Source: an uncultured Brachyspira sp.
GTDB taxonomy: Bacteria; Spirochaetota; JAAYUW01
Reading direction: 5' to 3'
NCBI GenBank assembly: GCA_964581895.1
Contig: CAZOPR010000002.1
Coordinates: 254,185-318,184 of the forward strand
DNA length: 64,000 nt
Shown here piece by piece: positions 49,424-57,955 of the stretch (its first letter is position 1; each line of letters begins with the position of its first letter). The notes under the pieces are model-generated. The model was not told the DNA's origin. It was given only the letters and a program-made list of their open reading frames with translations, and made no database searches. The position numbers were made by a program, and so were the translations under genes.

Positions 49424-50236
49424 TTATTCTCCTTTTACATCATACTCTACTATTCTTAAATATGTCAGAAAATAGAAGAAGAAAGAAAGAAGGAATTTTA
49501 TAATTTCGCCAAGTAAAGTGTAATTTATCTCTTTTAATCCTAATCTTGATAGAGTATCTGAAAGATTGAGTGAAAATTGCATTGACATATTATTAAAGAA
49601 TAGCAAAAATACTGATGTATATATCAAAAAAAAGGCGAAGAATATTGCAAGTATAGTTAATATTGTGAGTAGAAAACTATTTTTTTTGAAATATGTCGAA
49701 CCAAGCATAAAGATAGAAGTGATAAAAAAGTATGAAGAAATTATTTTATAGTTAAAAAGAGATAATATCGCATCTAATGGATAAGTTCTTCGCAAAAAAG
49801 CAAAAATAAAAATATTATTAACTAAGAAAGCGATGATAGTAAATAATATACTTAAAAGAAGATAAAAGAAAAAATAGTAAAGCCAGATACTCAAAAATTT
49901 TTCAAAGATTGTTACTGGAACCATAAAAAATTGTGTTGCTTTTTCTTCCTGATGAAGATGCTTAAAACTATTTGAAGCCATAATGCAACCAATAAATAAA
50001 GAAATTATTAGATAAAAATTAAGGTTGATAGAATTAGTTATCATTATAGAACTGGCAATAAAAATCTTTTTAATAAAAATAGTAAATAAAATACCAAAGA
50101 TAAAAATTAAGTTTACAACTAAAGGCGCTATAAAAATTTGTTTACCATATAAATTAAAATCAAGTTTCAATAAAGATAGAAAATTCTTAGTTTTCGAATT
50201 TTCGTAAATTCTAAGTTTTTTATCTATTTCTGTCAT
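49424..50236 (-). CDS. Multi-pass membrane protein, probable ABC-2 type permease
   Basis: Six predicted hydrophobic segments; sits between ABC ATPase and GntR regulator. Confidence 0.4.
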   Translation of the reverse strand: MTEIDKKLRIYENSKTKNFLSLLKLDFNLYGKQIFIAPLVVNLIFIFGILFTIFIKKIFIASSIMITNSINLNFYLIISLFIGCIMASNSFKHLHQEEKATQFFMVPVTIFEKFLSIWLYYFFFYLLLSILFTIIAFLVNNIFIFAFLRRTYPLDAILSLFNYKIISSYFFITSIFMLGSTYFKKNSFLLTILTILAIFFAFFLIYTSVFLLFFNNMSMQFSLNLSDTLSRLGLKEINYTLLGEIIKFLLSFFFYFLTYLRIVEYDVKGE

Positions 50237-50253
50237 TTTTTACTCCTATTGTA

Positions 50254-50460
50254 ATGTTATTTTTTCCTTTTTTCGTTTTTATTTTTTATTTTTATATTTT
50301 TATATTTTTTACTTTTCTTTATATTTTTTACTTTATTTTTATTTATTTCTTTTCTATTCTTTTTTTACTTTTTGCTTTTTTATTTTCTTTTTTTAATTTT
50401 TTTTATTTTTTGCTTTTATATTTTTTGTTTATTTTGTTTTTATTATTTCAGTTTGACTGA
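50254..50460 (-). repeat. Polypurine (A/G-only on minus strand) spacer between ABC ATPase and permease genes
   Basis: About 200 bp of T/C-only sequence on + strand. Confidence 0.7.
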
Positions 50461-51275
50461 TTAAAAATAGTCGGATTTGATATAGCAGCATTGAAGAAAA
50501 ATTCTAAATCTACTACCTCATTATTATTTTTTCTATTAAGAAGGTAGATTTTGCCAGTTGCTGACTGCTCAAAATATATAATATTTTCCTGATCATTTTG
50601 TTGATTTGATTCAGTAGCAATAGAATAATTTTGAGTAATATAGTCTAAAGAGTTATTAAAAATGATCTTGCCTTCGTGAAGTATTATAATTTTATCAAAA
50701 AGCTGAGACAGATCTCTTACCTGGTGTGTAGATATTATAAAAATTTGATTTTCAGTTAAACTTTCAGCTATTTTTTTTCTTACAGAAGTCTTTGAAGGGA
50801 TATCAAGACCATTTGTTGGTTCATCTAAAAGCATTATTTTAGCAAATGTTGAAAGGCCAAATGCAAGGTAAAACTTTTTCTTCTGACCAAATGAAAGAGA
50901 GATCAGGTTTTTATCAAGAGGGATTTCAAATTCTTTGCAGGTTTTGAAAAAGTATTCTTCATCAAAATTTGGGTAAAATTCACTGTAAAGTTTATAAAAT
51001 TTTTCACCATTGAAAGATGGCAAGTAAAAATTTTCAGGGAAAAAGAAGATATCTTTCAGCATTTCTGGATCTCTTTTTATAGATTTTTTACCCATAACTT
51101 CGATTTCGCCATTATTTAAATGAAGTAGTCCTGTTATACATTTTAATAATGTCGTTTTCCCTGCACCGTTTTTACCTAAGAGTCCATAGATATGTCCTTG
51201 CTCAAAATTTGCATAAAGATTATTGAAAAGCAGGTTTTTTGAATAACCAAAGACAAGATTTTTACATTCAATCAT
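50448..51275 (-). CDS. ABC transporter ATP-binding protein
   Basis: Walker A GKNGAGKTT, signature LSFGQKKK, Walker B MLLDEPTNGLD; AAGGAG 5 nt upstream of ATG 51275. Confidence 0.85.
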   Translation of the reverse strand: MIECKNLVFGYSKNLLFNNLYANFEQGHIYGLLGKNGAGKTTLLKCITGLLHLNNGEIEVMGKKSIKRDPEMLKDIFFFPENFYLPSFNGEKFYKLYSEFYPNFDEEYFFKTCKEFEIPLDKNLISLSFGQKKKFYLAFGLSTFAKIMLLDEPTNGLDIPSKTSVRKKIAESLTENQIFIISTHQVRDLSQLFDKIIILHEGKIIFNNSLDYITQNYSIATESNQQNDQENIIYFEQSATGKIYLLNRKNNNEVVDLEFFFNAAISNPTIFNQSN

Positions 51276-51478
51276 CATATCTCCTTAATATTAATATTTT
51301 AGTGCATTACATCACTAATACACCAAATAAATAATACAATAATTTCAAAAGTCAACTATTTTTAAATTTATTTTGAAAATTTAATTAAAAAATATATTCT
51401 TAAAAAATTAATTTTTCAAAAATTTCTTTTTGAAAAATTAATTTTTGAAAAAAGATTAAAAAAAAGTATTTTATTTAT

Positions 51479-53197
51479 ATGAAACGAAAATATGGTTTTC
51501 TATTAATCTTAATAATTTTTATAACTCTGTTTCTTTCTTTTCAAAATGAAGATAATGAAGAAAGGATAATTTCAGATTCACAGCTTTTAATAAAAGAAGG
51601 GAATTATTCAAAGGCTTTGACTATTTTACTTGCTGAATTTAATAAGAATAATAAATCCTATAAAATTCCAGAAAAAATTGCCTCAATCTTTTTTTCTCAG
51701 CAAGTTTATGACCTCGCATTGAAGTATTATAAGATTGCCTACGAAAATGGATTGAAAAATGTAGAGATTTTAGAAAAAATTGGTGAATCTTATGCATATG
51801 TAAATGACAATAAAAAAGCTATTGAATACTTAAAAGCTGCATTTTTACAGGGGAATTCAGACCCATATTATCTTTATTCATTAATATGGGTTTTATTAAA
51901 AGAGAAAAAATTTAGTGAAGCATATAGTTTACTTGAATTTGGCAACTCGATGTATCCAAATCTTTCATATTTTATTGGTGCAAGAGCATTATACTATGCA
52001 AATACTTTTGATATTGAAAACGCAAGAAAAGATTATGAAAAAGTTCTGATTTTGACTGCATCTTACTCTCCAATCTATTTTTATAATTGGGGAGTCATGG
52101 AATATCAGCTTAGAAATTTTGCTAAGGCACAAGCTTTATTTTCTGAAGCTGCAAATTTTTCAGGTTTTGGAGAGGCTTTTTTAGCTTTAGGGGAGTTAAA
52201 TCTAAGTAAAGCAGAGATAGATCTGGCTGAAAAGTATTTTCTTAGGGGGAAACCACTATTAAAATCTCCATTTATTCTGTATGATTTGATCTACCTTTAC
52301 AGCATAAAAGGAGAAAAAGATAAACTTTTATCAGTATATAAAAGCATTATTAAATTTCCAAATAAATGGTGGATATATCAGTACAATTTGAACCTTTATG
52401 AACAGATGATGAATTTTTATGAGTTAGAATCTTTTTACTATAAAAATCTTGCCCAGCTCGAAAAGAAAAGTTTTTATCAAAATTTTTCAGCAAGATTGAA
52501 ATCTTTTTTTAATATTTTAAATTACAGGATTTTAGGTTTCGTTTCAAGTCTTAGATTAAGATATTTCGCCATTATTCATCTTATGAGTATAGATAAAAAG
52601 CTCGAATCTTTGAATTACTATCAGATTTCAAGAAAGGCATTATCTAGCTTTCCATTTATAAACAAAAAATTGATTTTAACTGAAAAATCAATTTATGAGA
52701 AGGTCAATTCAAAAGATAGTCATATATATGATCTTTATCTTGCGCAAATTTTAAAATCAAAAATAAAAAAAGAAAAATTAATAGATCAGTTTTTATTAAA
52801 AGCCGATTACCATTATGAAAGATTAGATATACTTAATGCACTTGAGATAAAGGCAAAATTAAATAGAAAAAATATTGAAAAATATATTGAAATTATAGGA
52901 AAAATTTATGAAATTCTTCCTTATTACTTCAATAGCAGCGATTTGAAAATTCCTATTGATATTCAATTTGATGGCAAAAAAGAAAATATAAAATTAATCA
53001 AAAGTTATTTTAAGGCTAAAGGAATTATTATAAATAAAGATTCAAACTTGAAACTAAATGTAAGTTGTGGAGATACTTTTAACTTTGTTCTTGAATATAA
53101 AGGAAGTTCAAGTTTTTTCTCTTTGACTAAAGAGGATATAAGTTACGATAGAGTTTCAATTTATGCAAATCTACTATCAATCTTAAGAAATAATTAA
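51479..53197 (+). CDS. TPR-repeat protein with N-terminal signal/anchor
   Basis: Multiple 34-residue TPR-like units (ALKYYKIAYENG, AIEYLKAAFLQG). Confidence 0.5.
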   Translation: MKRKYGFLLILIIFITLFLSFQNEDNEERIISDSQLLIKEGNYSKALTILLAEFNKNNKSYKIPEKIASIFFSQQVYDLALKYYKIAYENGLKNVEILEKIGESYAYVNDNKKAIEYLKAAFLQGNSDPYYLYSLIWVLLKEKKFSEAYSLLEFGNSMYPNLSYFIGARALYYANTFDIENARKDYEKVLILTASYSPIYFYNWGVMEYQLRNFAKAQALFSEAANFSGFGEAFLALGELNLSKAEIDLAEKYFLRGKPLLKSPFILYDLIYLYSIKGEKDKLLSVYKSIIKFPNKWWIYQYNLNLYEQMMNFYELESFYYKNLAQLEKKSFYQNFSARLKSFFNILNYRILGFVSSLRLRYFAIIHLMSIDKKLESLNYYQISRKALSSFPFINKKLILTEKSIYEKVNSKDSHIYDLYLAQILKSKIKKEKLIDQFLLKADYHYERLDILNALEIKAKLNRKNIEKYIEIIGKIYEILPYYFNSSDLKIPIDIQFDGKKENIKLIKSYFKAKGIIINKDSNLKLNVSCGDTFNFVLEYKGSSSFFSLTKEDISYDRVSIYANLLSILRNN

Positions 53198-53267
53198 TAA
53201 TAAAAAGTTAAATTTATAAAAAAAATAATTTTATAAGATAATTATGAGCTACTCTTTTCTAGTGTTA

Positions 53268-55097
53268 TCACTCTTGCTCTTCATCTATTTCAAGTTTTAA
53301 TCCAGAAAGATCGGTTTTTTCAAGTCTATAGATAAAAGCCTTGATAAAGTAATAAGCCTTTGTAAAAATATATATTATTGGCTTACCATTAAGTTTCTTT
53401 ACCCCATGAAGTTTTTCATCTATAAATAATTTTTCATCTGGATTGTCAATAATATGAAACTTTTTATCTGTATAATCTTTTATTACTTTCATAGTTAGAA
53501 TAAGAAATGATTGTAATATTTCTATAAGTTTATTTCTTATGGAAACTGAAAGTTTTATCAACTCTTCCTTATCGGTTTTAAAAGTTTCATCATAGAAAGT
53601 TTGTTCAGCTTTTATTTTTGTTTTTAAGGATAACTCAGCATAAGATTCAAAATCTTGATATAAAAGATTGAGAGAGTTTAAGACATTGTTTAAGTCCGAT
53701 TTGACATCTATTTTTTTATGCTCTTCATAATCAATTTTATATCCAACTTCTTTTAATGTCATAAAAGTTGTATATTGTTCATTTAGTTCTTTATAAAAAA
53801 TATAAGTTAAAGTCATTTTGTCGTTGACATTAAGTCTTTGTAGTATTCCATCACTTTGAATTATATCCTCTTTGAATTTATTAAAGGCATTTTGAATTTC
53901 ATCCATAAATTCAAAACCTTTTTTTACATCATCTGGTATTTTTGCTACCTCTTTATTCTCTATATCCTGTTCAATCATTTCCTTTTTGTCTTTATTCTTT
54001 TTCATCATTTCAGCTAATGCTTTTTCTTCCTCATTTTTCTCCTTTTGAAAATAGTAACCTATTGAATCAGTCTTATCAAGATTAAGATATTCTTTAATAT
54101 GAGGAGAATTAAAAGAGATATATTTACCAATATTTCTGCAAAAAAGTATATGAAATTTTTCATAAGCAGTTGTTATTAAAAAGGAAATATCATTAATAAG
54201 CTCCTGCTCTGGAATATTAAGCCTATAATATTGCAAATAAATATTTCTTGCGGTTAAAAGTGAAATTTCAAAAACACCTGAATGTTCCTTTATAAAAAGA
54301 AGTTTTTTAAAATAAAAGGAAAATTTTTCAAATTCAGTCTCATCTAATATTGCAGAAAAATTTTCAAAGGATTTTTCATAAAAATTAGAAAGATAATCAT
54401 CATCAGCAAGATTTAAAAATTGATGAAGAATGTCATAGTGCAAAGGGGACAATTTACCTAAAGTATCTCTTATTTTTTTCTTTATGATAGGATTATTAAA
54501 GCAACCTCTAATAAAATAACCAAGTTTTGATATTAAAGAAGCAAAGTGAGGGAAAAAATTCACTAAAAAGTCCTGATGAAGTTTAGAAATCTTGAAAGAC
54601 AAAACCTTGAAAAAGTATCCATTAAAAATAAAAAGAATTCTATCTGTTATAGAAAGAGACAAAATTCTAATATTTTTTGAATTATCTTTAATTTCTTCAT
54701 TTTGACTTTTCTCAATTATTTTTTCTTTTTTTTCAAATCTAGATTCACTTGATTTATTTAATTGATCAACCTTTTGGATTATTTTTTTTTCAGTATCTAG
54801 TTTTTTTTCAATTTTTTTAAAATTTTTAAATGATTCTTCTTTATTTTTATAATAACTTGGACTTTCTACTCTTTTTCTTTTTCTTTGACCTTCAATAATA
54901 TCTGAATTTACATTACTTTGATTGTTTCTTTGAAAAATACCATAACTTGTTTTAGAATTTTTATCTAAAAGAGAAAAATCTACTTTCCCACCTGCTTTTT
55001 TAAGTTTTTCAAGCATCTCTTTTCTTGCTTTTTCATCAAGTTGATCCACCCCAAGTCTCTGTCTCAAATCGTGGTACTTATCATTTTTATAAGACAT
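53268..55097 (-). CDS. Hypothetical protein, Lys/Glu-rich N-terminus, downstream of cmk
   Basis: 609-aa ORF, ATG start 5 nt after cmk stop; no recognised motif. Confidence 0.3.
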   Translation of the reverse strand: MSYKNDKYHDLRQRLGVDQLDEKARKEMLEKLKKAGGKVDFSLLDKNSKTSYGIFQRNNQSNVNSDIIEGQRKRKRVESPSYYKNKEESFKNFKKIEKKLDTEKKIIQKVDQLNKSSESRFEKKEKIIEKSQNEEIKDNSKNIRILSLSITDRILFIFNGYFFKVLSFKISKLHQDFLVNFFPHFASLISKLGYFIRGCFNNPIIKKKIRDTLGKLSPLHYDILHQFLNLADDDYLSNFYEKSFENFSAILDETEFEKFSFYFKKLLFIKEHSGVFEISLLTARNIYLQYYRLNIPEQELINDISFLITTAYEKFHILFCRNIGKYISFNSPHIKEYLNLDKTDSIGYYFQKEKNEEEKALAEMMKKNKDKKEMIEQDIENKEVAKIPDDVKKGFEFMDEIQNAFNKFKEDIIQSDGILQRLNVNDKMTLTYIFYKELNEQYTTFMTLKEVGYKIDYEEHKKIDVKSDLNNVLNSLNLLYQDFESYAELSLKTKIKAEQTFYDETFKTDKEELIKLSVSIRNKLIEILQSFLILTMKVIKDYTDKKFHIIDNPDEKLFIDEKLHGVKKLNGKPIIYIFTKAYYFIKAFIYRLEKTDLSGLKLEIDEEQE

Positions 55098-55102
55098 TAT
55101 TT

Positions 55103-55750
55103 TTAATTTTCCCTTTTTATAATTTTAATAATTTTTTCCAACACCTCTTCTATTTTAAGACTTGTTGTGTCAATTTCAATAGCATCTTCTGCTTTTTTTA
55201 AAGGATTTTCTTTCCTTGTAGAATCATATTTATCTCTTCTTATTATATCTTCAATAATATACTCTAAACTTTTGTCATTTCCTTCTTGAGCCTTTCTTCT
55301 TCTTGCTCTTTCTTTGATATCTGCGACTAAAAAAAATTTAAAATCAGCATCTGGGAAGACATTTGTTCCTATATCTCTGCCTTCTAATATCGAATTTTGC
55401 TTTCTACCAATCTTTCGCTGAAGATCTACAAGATATTTTCTAACATCTGAAAGCGAAGAGACATAAGAAACTTCTTTAGTTACCTCTTCACTTCTAATCT
55501 TTTCACTTACATCAGAATTATTTAAAAAAATCTTTTCATCTTCAATTTCAATGCCTATCTTCGGCAAAATCTCTCTTATTTTGGTTTCATCGTTTTTTAC
55601 TGTTTCTAAAAGTTTTTCATTTAATAAATATAAAGTAACAGCTCTGTACATCGCCCCGGTATTGATGTATAAAAAGTTTAATCTTTTAGCTAAAAGACTT
55701 GCAATAGTGCTTTTTCCACTTCCGGCAGGTCCATCAATAGCTATTATCAT
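55103..55750 (-). CDS. cmk: Cytidylate kinase
   Basis: IIAIDGPAGSGKSTIASLLA P-loop; ATG 55750 has GAGG 6 nt upstream (track start 55780 would overlap upstream gene). Confidence 0.85.
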   Translation of the reverse strand: MIIAIDGPAGSGKSTIASLLAKRLNFLYINTGAMYRAVTLYLLNEKLLETVKNDETKIREILPKIGIEIEDEKIFLNNSDVSEKIRSEEVTKEVSYVSSLSDVRKYLVDLQRKIGRKQNSILEGRDIGTNVFPDADFKFFLVADIKERARRRKAQEGNDKSLEYIIEDIIRRDKYDSTRKENPLKKAEDAIEIDTTSLKIEEVLEKIIKIIKREN

Positions 55751-56489
55751 AGTCATCCTCGATAGATTTTTTGATTTCATATCTATTAGGTTTTTTTTTG
55801 GTACTTAAAATAAGTGGTTCTATTAAAGAAAGTGGAACTATCTTTTTTTCCCCTGGTTTTAAGTTTCCGATTTTTAAGGGACCTATTCGAACTCTTAAAA
55901 GACGAGCTATAGGTTGTTTGAAAGTAGCAAAAACATTTCTTATTTCTCTATTTTTGCCTTCTTTCAGGACAATTTTAGCAACAGTATCTTTTATTAAATC
56001 AAAACTTTCAGCTTTATAAAACTCACCATCCAGTGTTATACCTTTTTTAAAATTTGATATTAACTCTTTTTTTATTGGTTGGTATGAAAAAACAAGGTAC
56101 TCTTTTTCAATCTGATAGGAAGGATGTGTTAGAATATTAATAATATCTGTATTGTTTGTTACAATTAAGATTCCTTCAGAAAAATAGTCCAACCTTCCAG
56201 CAATTTTTAAGTTTCCTCTATTTTCAAAAAATTCTTTTATCCCTTTCTGATCATTTTGGTCATAAAAAGAAGAAAGATATCCAGATGGTTTATAAAAAAC
56301 ATAACAGATTTGCTCTTTCGTCGGTTTTATGATTCTGCCATTAACAACGACTTTATCTTTTTCTTTTACATCATAGTAAGGGATCGTTACAACTGTTTCA
56401 TTAACTTTTACCCTTCCATCTTTTATTAGTTGTTCAGCTTTTCTTCTTGAAATAGATGAAAAGTTTGAAATATACTTTTGTAATCTCAA
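55734..56489 (-). CDS. Pseudouridine synthase, RsuA/RluB family
   Basis: S4-like N-terminus RLQKYISNF...RRKAEQLIKDGRVKVN and catalytic AGRLD; TTG 56489 with GGAG upstream. Confidence 0.75.
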   Translation of the reverse strand: MRLQKYISNFSSISRRKAEQLIKDGRVKVNETVVTIPYYDVKEKDKVVVNGRIIKPTKEQICYVFYKPSGYLSSFYDQNDQKGIKEFFENRGNLKIAGRLDYFSEGILIVTNNTDIINILTHPSYQIEKEYLVFSYQPIKKELISNFKKGITLDGEFYKAESFDLIKDTVAKIVLKEGKNREIRNVFATFKQPIARLLRVRIGPLKIGNLKPGEKKIVPLSLIEPLILSTKKKPNRYEIKKSIEDDYDNSY

Positions 56490-56490
56490 T

Positions 56491-57051
56491 TTAATCTCCA
56501 AAAAATTTAATATTTGAAAGTAATTCCTCTGGTTTTGGAAGTTGATCTAAGGAACTTAACTTAAAAAGTTGCAAAAACTTCGTAGTTGTACCATACAAAG
56601 AAGGTTTTCCAGGGATATCTTTTTTCCCTTTTACTTCAATTAATTCTAATTCTAAAAGCTTTTTTAATGAATAGGTGGAATCAAGCCCTCTAATAGAATC
56701 AATTTCTGTTTTGGTTATAGGTTGTTTAAAGGCTATTATCGAAATAACCTCTTTCAAAGAATCAGATAGCCTAAATTTGTCTTCCTTTATTTTATGTATC
56801 TTAACAAAAACATCTTTTATCTTCGGATTCACAATATAAAAGAAGGTATCTTCCTTCTGCTGGATAAGTATACCTCTATCAAGATACATAAATTCCTTTT
56901 TAAGCTCAAGAAGAAGTTGCAAAGTAGTATCTTGGTCAATTTCTAACATTTTAGAAATTTCTGATATTGATACTGGTTTGCCTTCATAAAAAAGAATTGT
57001 CTCTATTAATTGAAGATAAAGTTTTTTTTGCTCATCTGTCAATAACATCAT
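56491..57051 (-). CDS. scpB: Segregation and condensation protein B
   Basis: Tandem winged-helix segments ending KPSLYGTTTKFLQLF. Confidence 0.8.
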   Translation of the reverse strand: MMLLTDEQKKLYLQLIETILFYEGKPVSISEISKMLEIDQDTTLQLLLELKKEFMYLDRGILIQQKEDTFFYIVNPKIKDVFVKIHKIKEDKFRLSDSLKEVISIIAFKQPITKTEIDSIRGLDSTYSLKKLLELELIEVKGKKDIPGKPSLYGTTTKFLQLFKLSSLDQLPKPEELLSNIKFFGD

Positions 57052-57062
57052 AAAAAGGTACT

Positions 57063-57788
57063 CTACCGCTTTATTTTTGAAATCTTTATATCTGAAAAAT
57101 GGTCAATCTGAGAAATAATAACATATTTACTTTTTACAAGTTCCAAAATTGCAAGGAAAAGGCAGATAAATTCTATTCTACTACTGTACAACATACTTAT
57201 ATTTGAAAATAACAGAAAATCATTTTGATTCAATAATTCTTTTATTTTTTTTATCATTTCATCTACAGTTATTGAAGATCTTGCTATAATAAAATCTTTC
57301 TGTTTTGGCAGTTTTGAGATTAGAGCCTCAAAGTGTTTAAATAGATCAATAATTGAAATACTTTCCCATTTATCATCTTCACCTTTAAATATTTCTGAAG
57401 GATTTTTGTTAAATAATGGTATGATATTTTTTTCTTCATCATTGTATATTTTTTCAAATGCGTCTTTTAATGATTTATATTCAAGTATTTTTTCTGCAAA
57501 TTCATTATTAAAATAGCCATTTTCATCTTCAAAGAAAGAGGAAGGTTCATCATCCTTATTTATAATATTTCTTGATTTTATATTGATAAGTTCAGAAATA
57601 ATTGATATAAAACTTGATACATCTTCAATGGGATATTGATTTAACTTTTTCAAATATTCAGAAAATTGTTGTATTAAAAAAATAATGGGAATCTGGTAAA
57701 TCTCTATTTTCTTTTCTTTGACCAAAAAAAGTAAGAGATCTAAAGGACCTTCAAAAATATCATCAATTATATATACTATTTTTTCCAT
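57063..57788 (-). CDS. scpA: Segregation and condensation protein A
   Basis: N-terminal FEGPLDLLLFLV motif; immediately upstream of scpB. Confidence 0.8.
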   Translation of the reverse strand: MEKIVYIIDDIFEGPLDLLLFLVKEKKIEIYQIPIIFLIQQFSEYLKKLNQYPIEDVSSFISIISELINIKSRNIINKDDEPSSFFEDENGYFNNEFAEKILEYKSLKDAFEKIYNDEEKNIIPLFNKNPSEIFKGEDDKWESISIIDLFKHFEALISKLPKQKDFIIARSSITVDEMIKKIKELLNQNDFLLFSNISMLYSSRIEFICLFLAILELVKSKYVIISQIDHFSDIKISKIKR

Positions 57789-57876
57789 CTAAATAGAATG
57801 AAAAACTAAAAAAAGAAGGTGTCAACTTAATTTAATCTAAGGTAAAGTTTAAGTTTTGCAACACTTAATTTAACCA

Positions 57877-57955
57877 AAATATTTAATCCTGATATTTAAT
57901 TTTAATATTTAATTCAAACATTTAATTCAAATATTTAAATCTAATATCTAACCTT
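57877..57955. repeat. Phased degenerate ~13-bp repeats (atatttaattc-like) in the scpA upstream region
   Basis: aaatatttaatcc / tgatatttaatt / ttaatatttaattc / aaacatttaattc / aaatatttaaatc. Confidence 0.6.

Noticed and set aside
50254-50460. Forward-strand 68-aa ORF composed almost entirely of Phe, Leu, Ile and Tyr
   Set aside because: Translation artifact of a pyrimidine-only tract; no start context or RBS.
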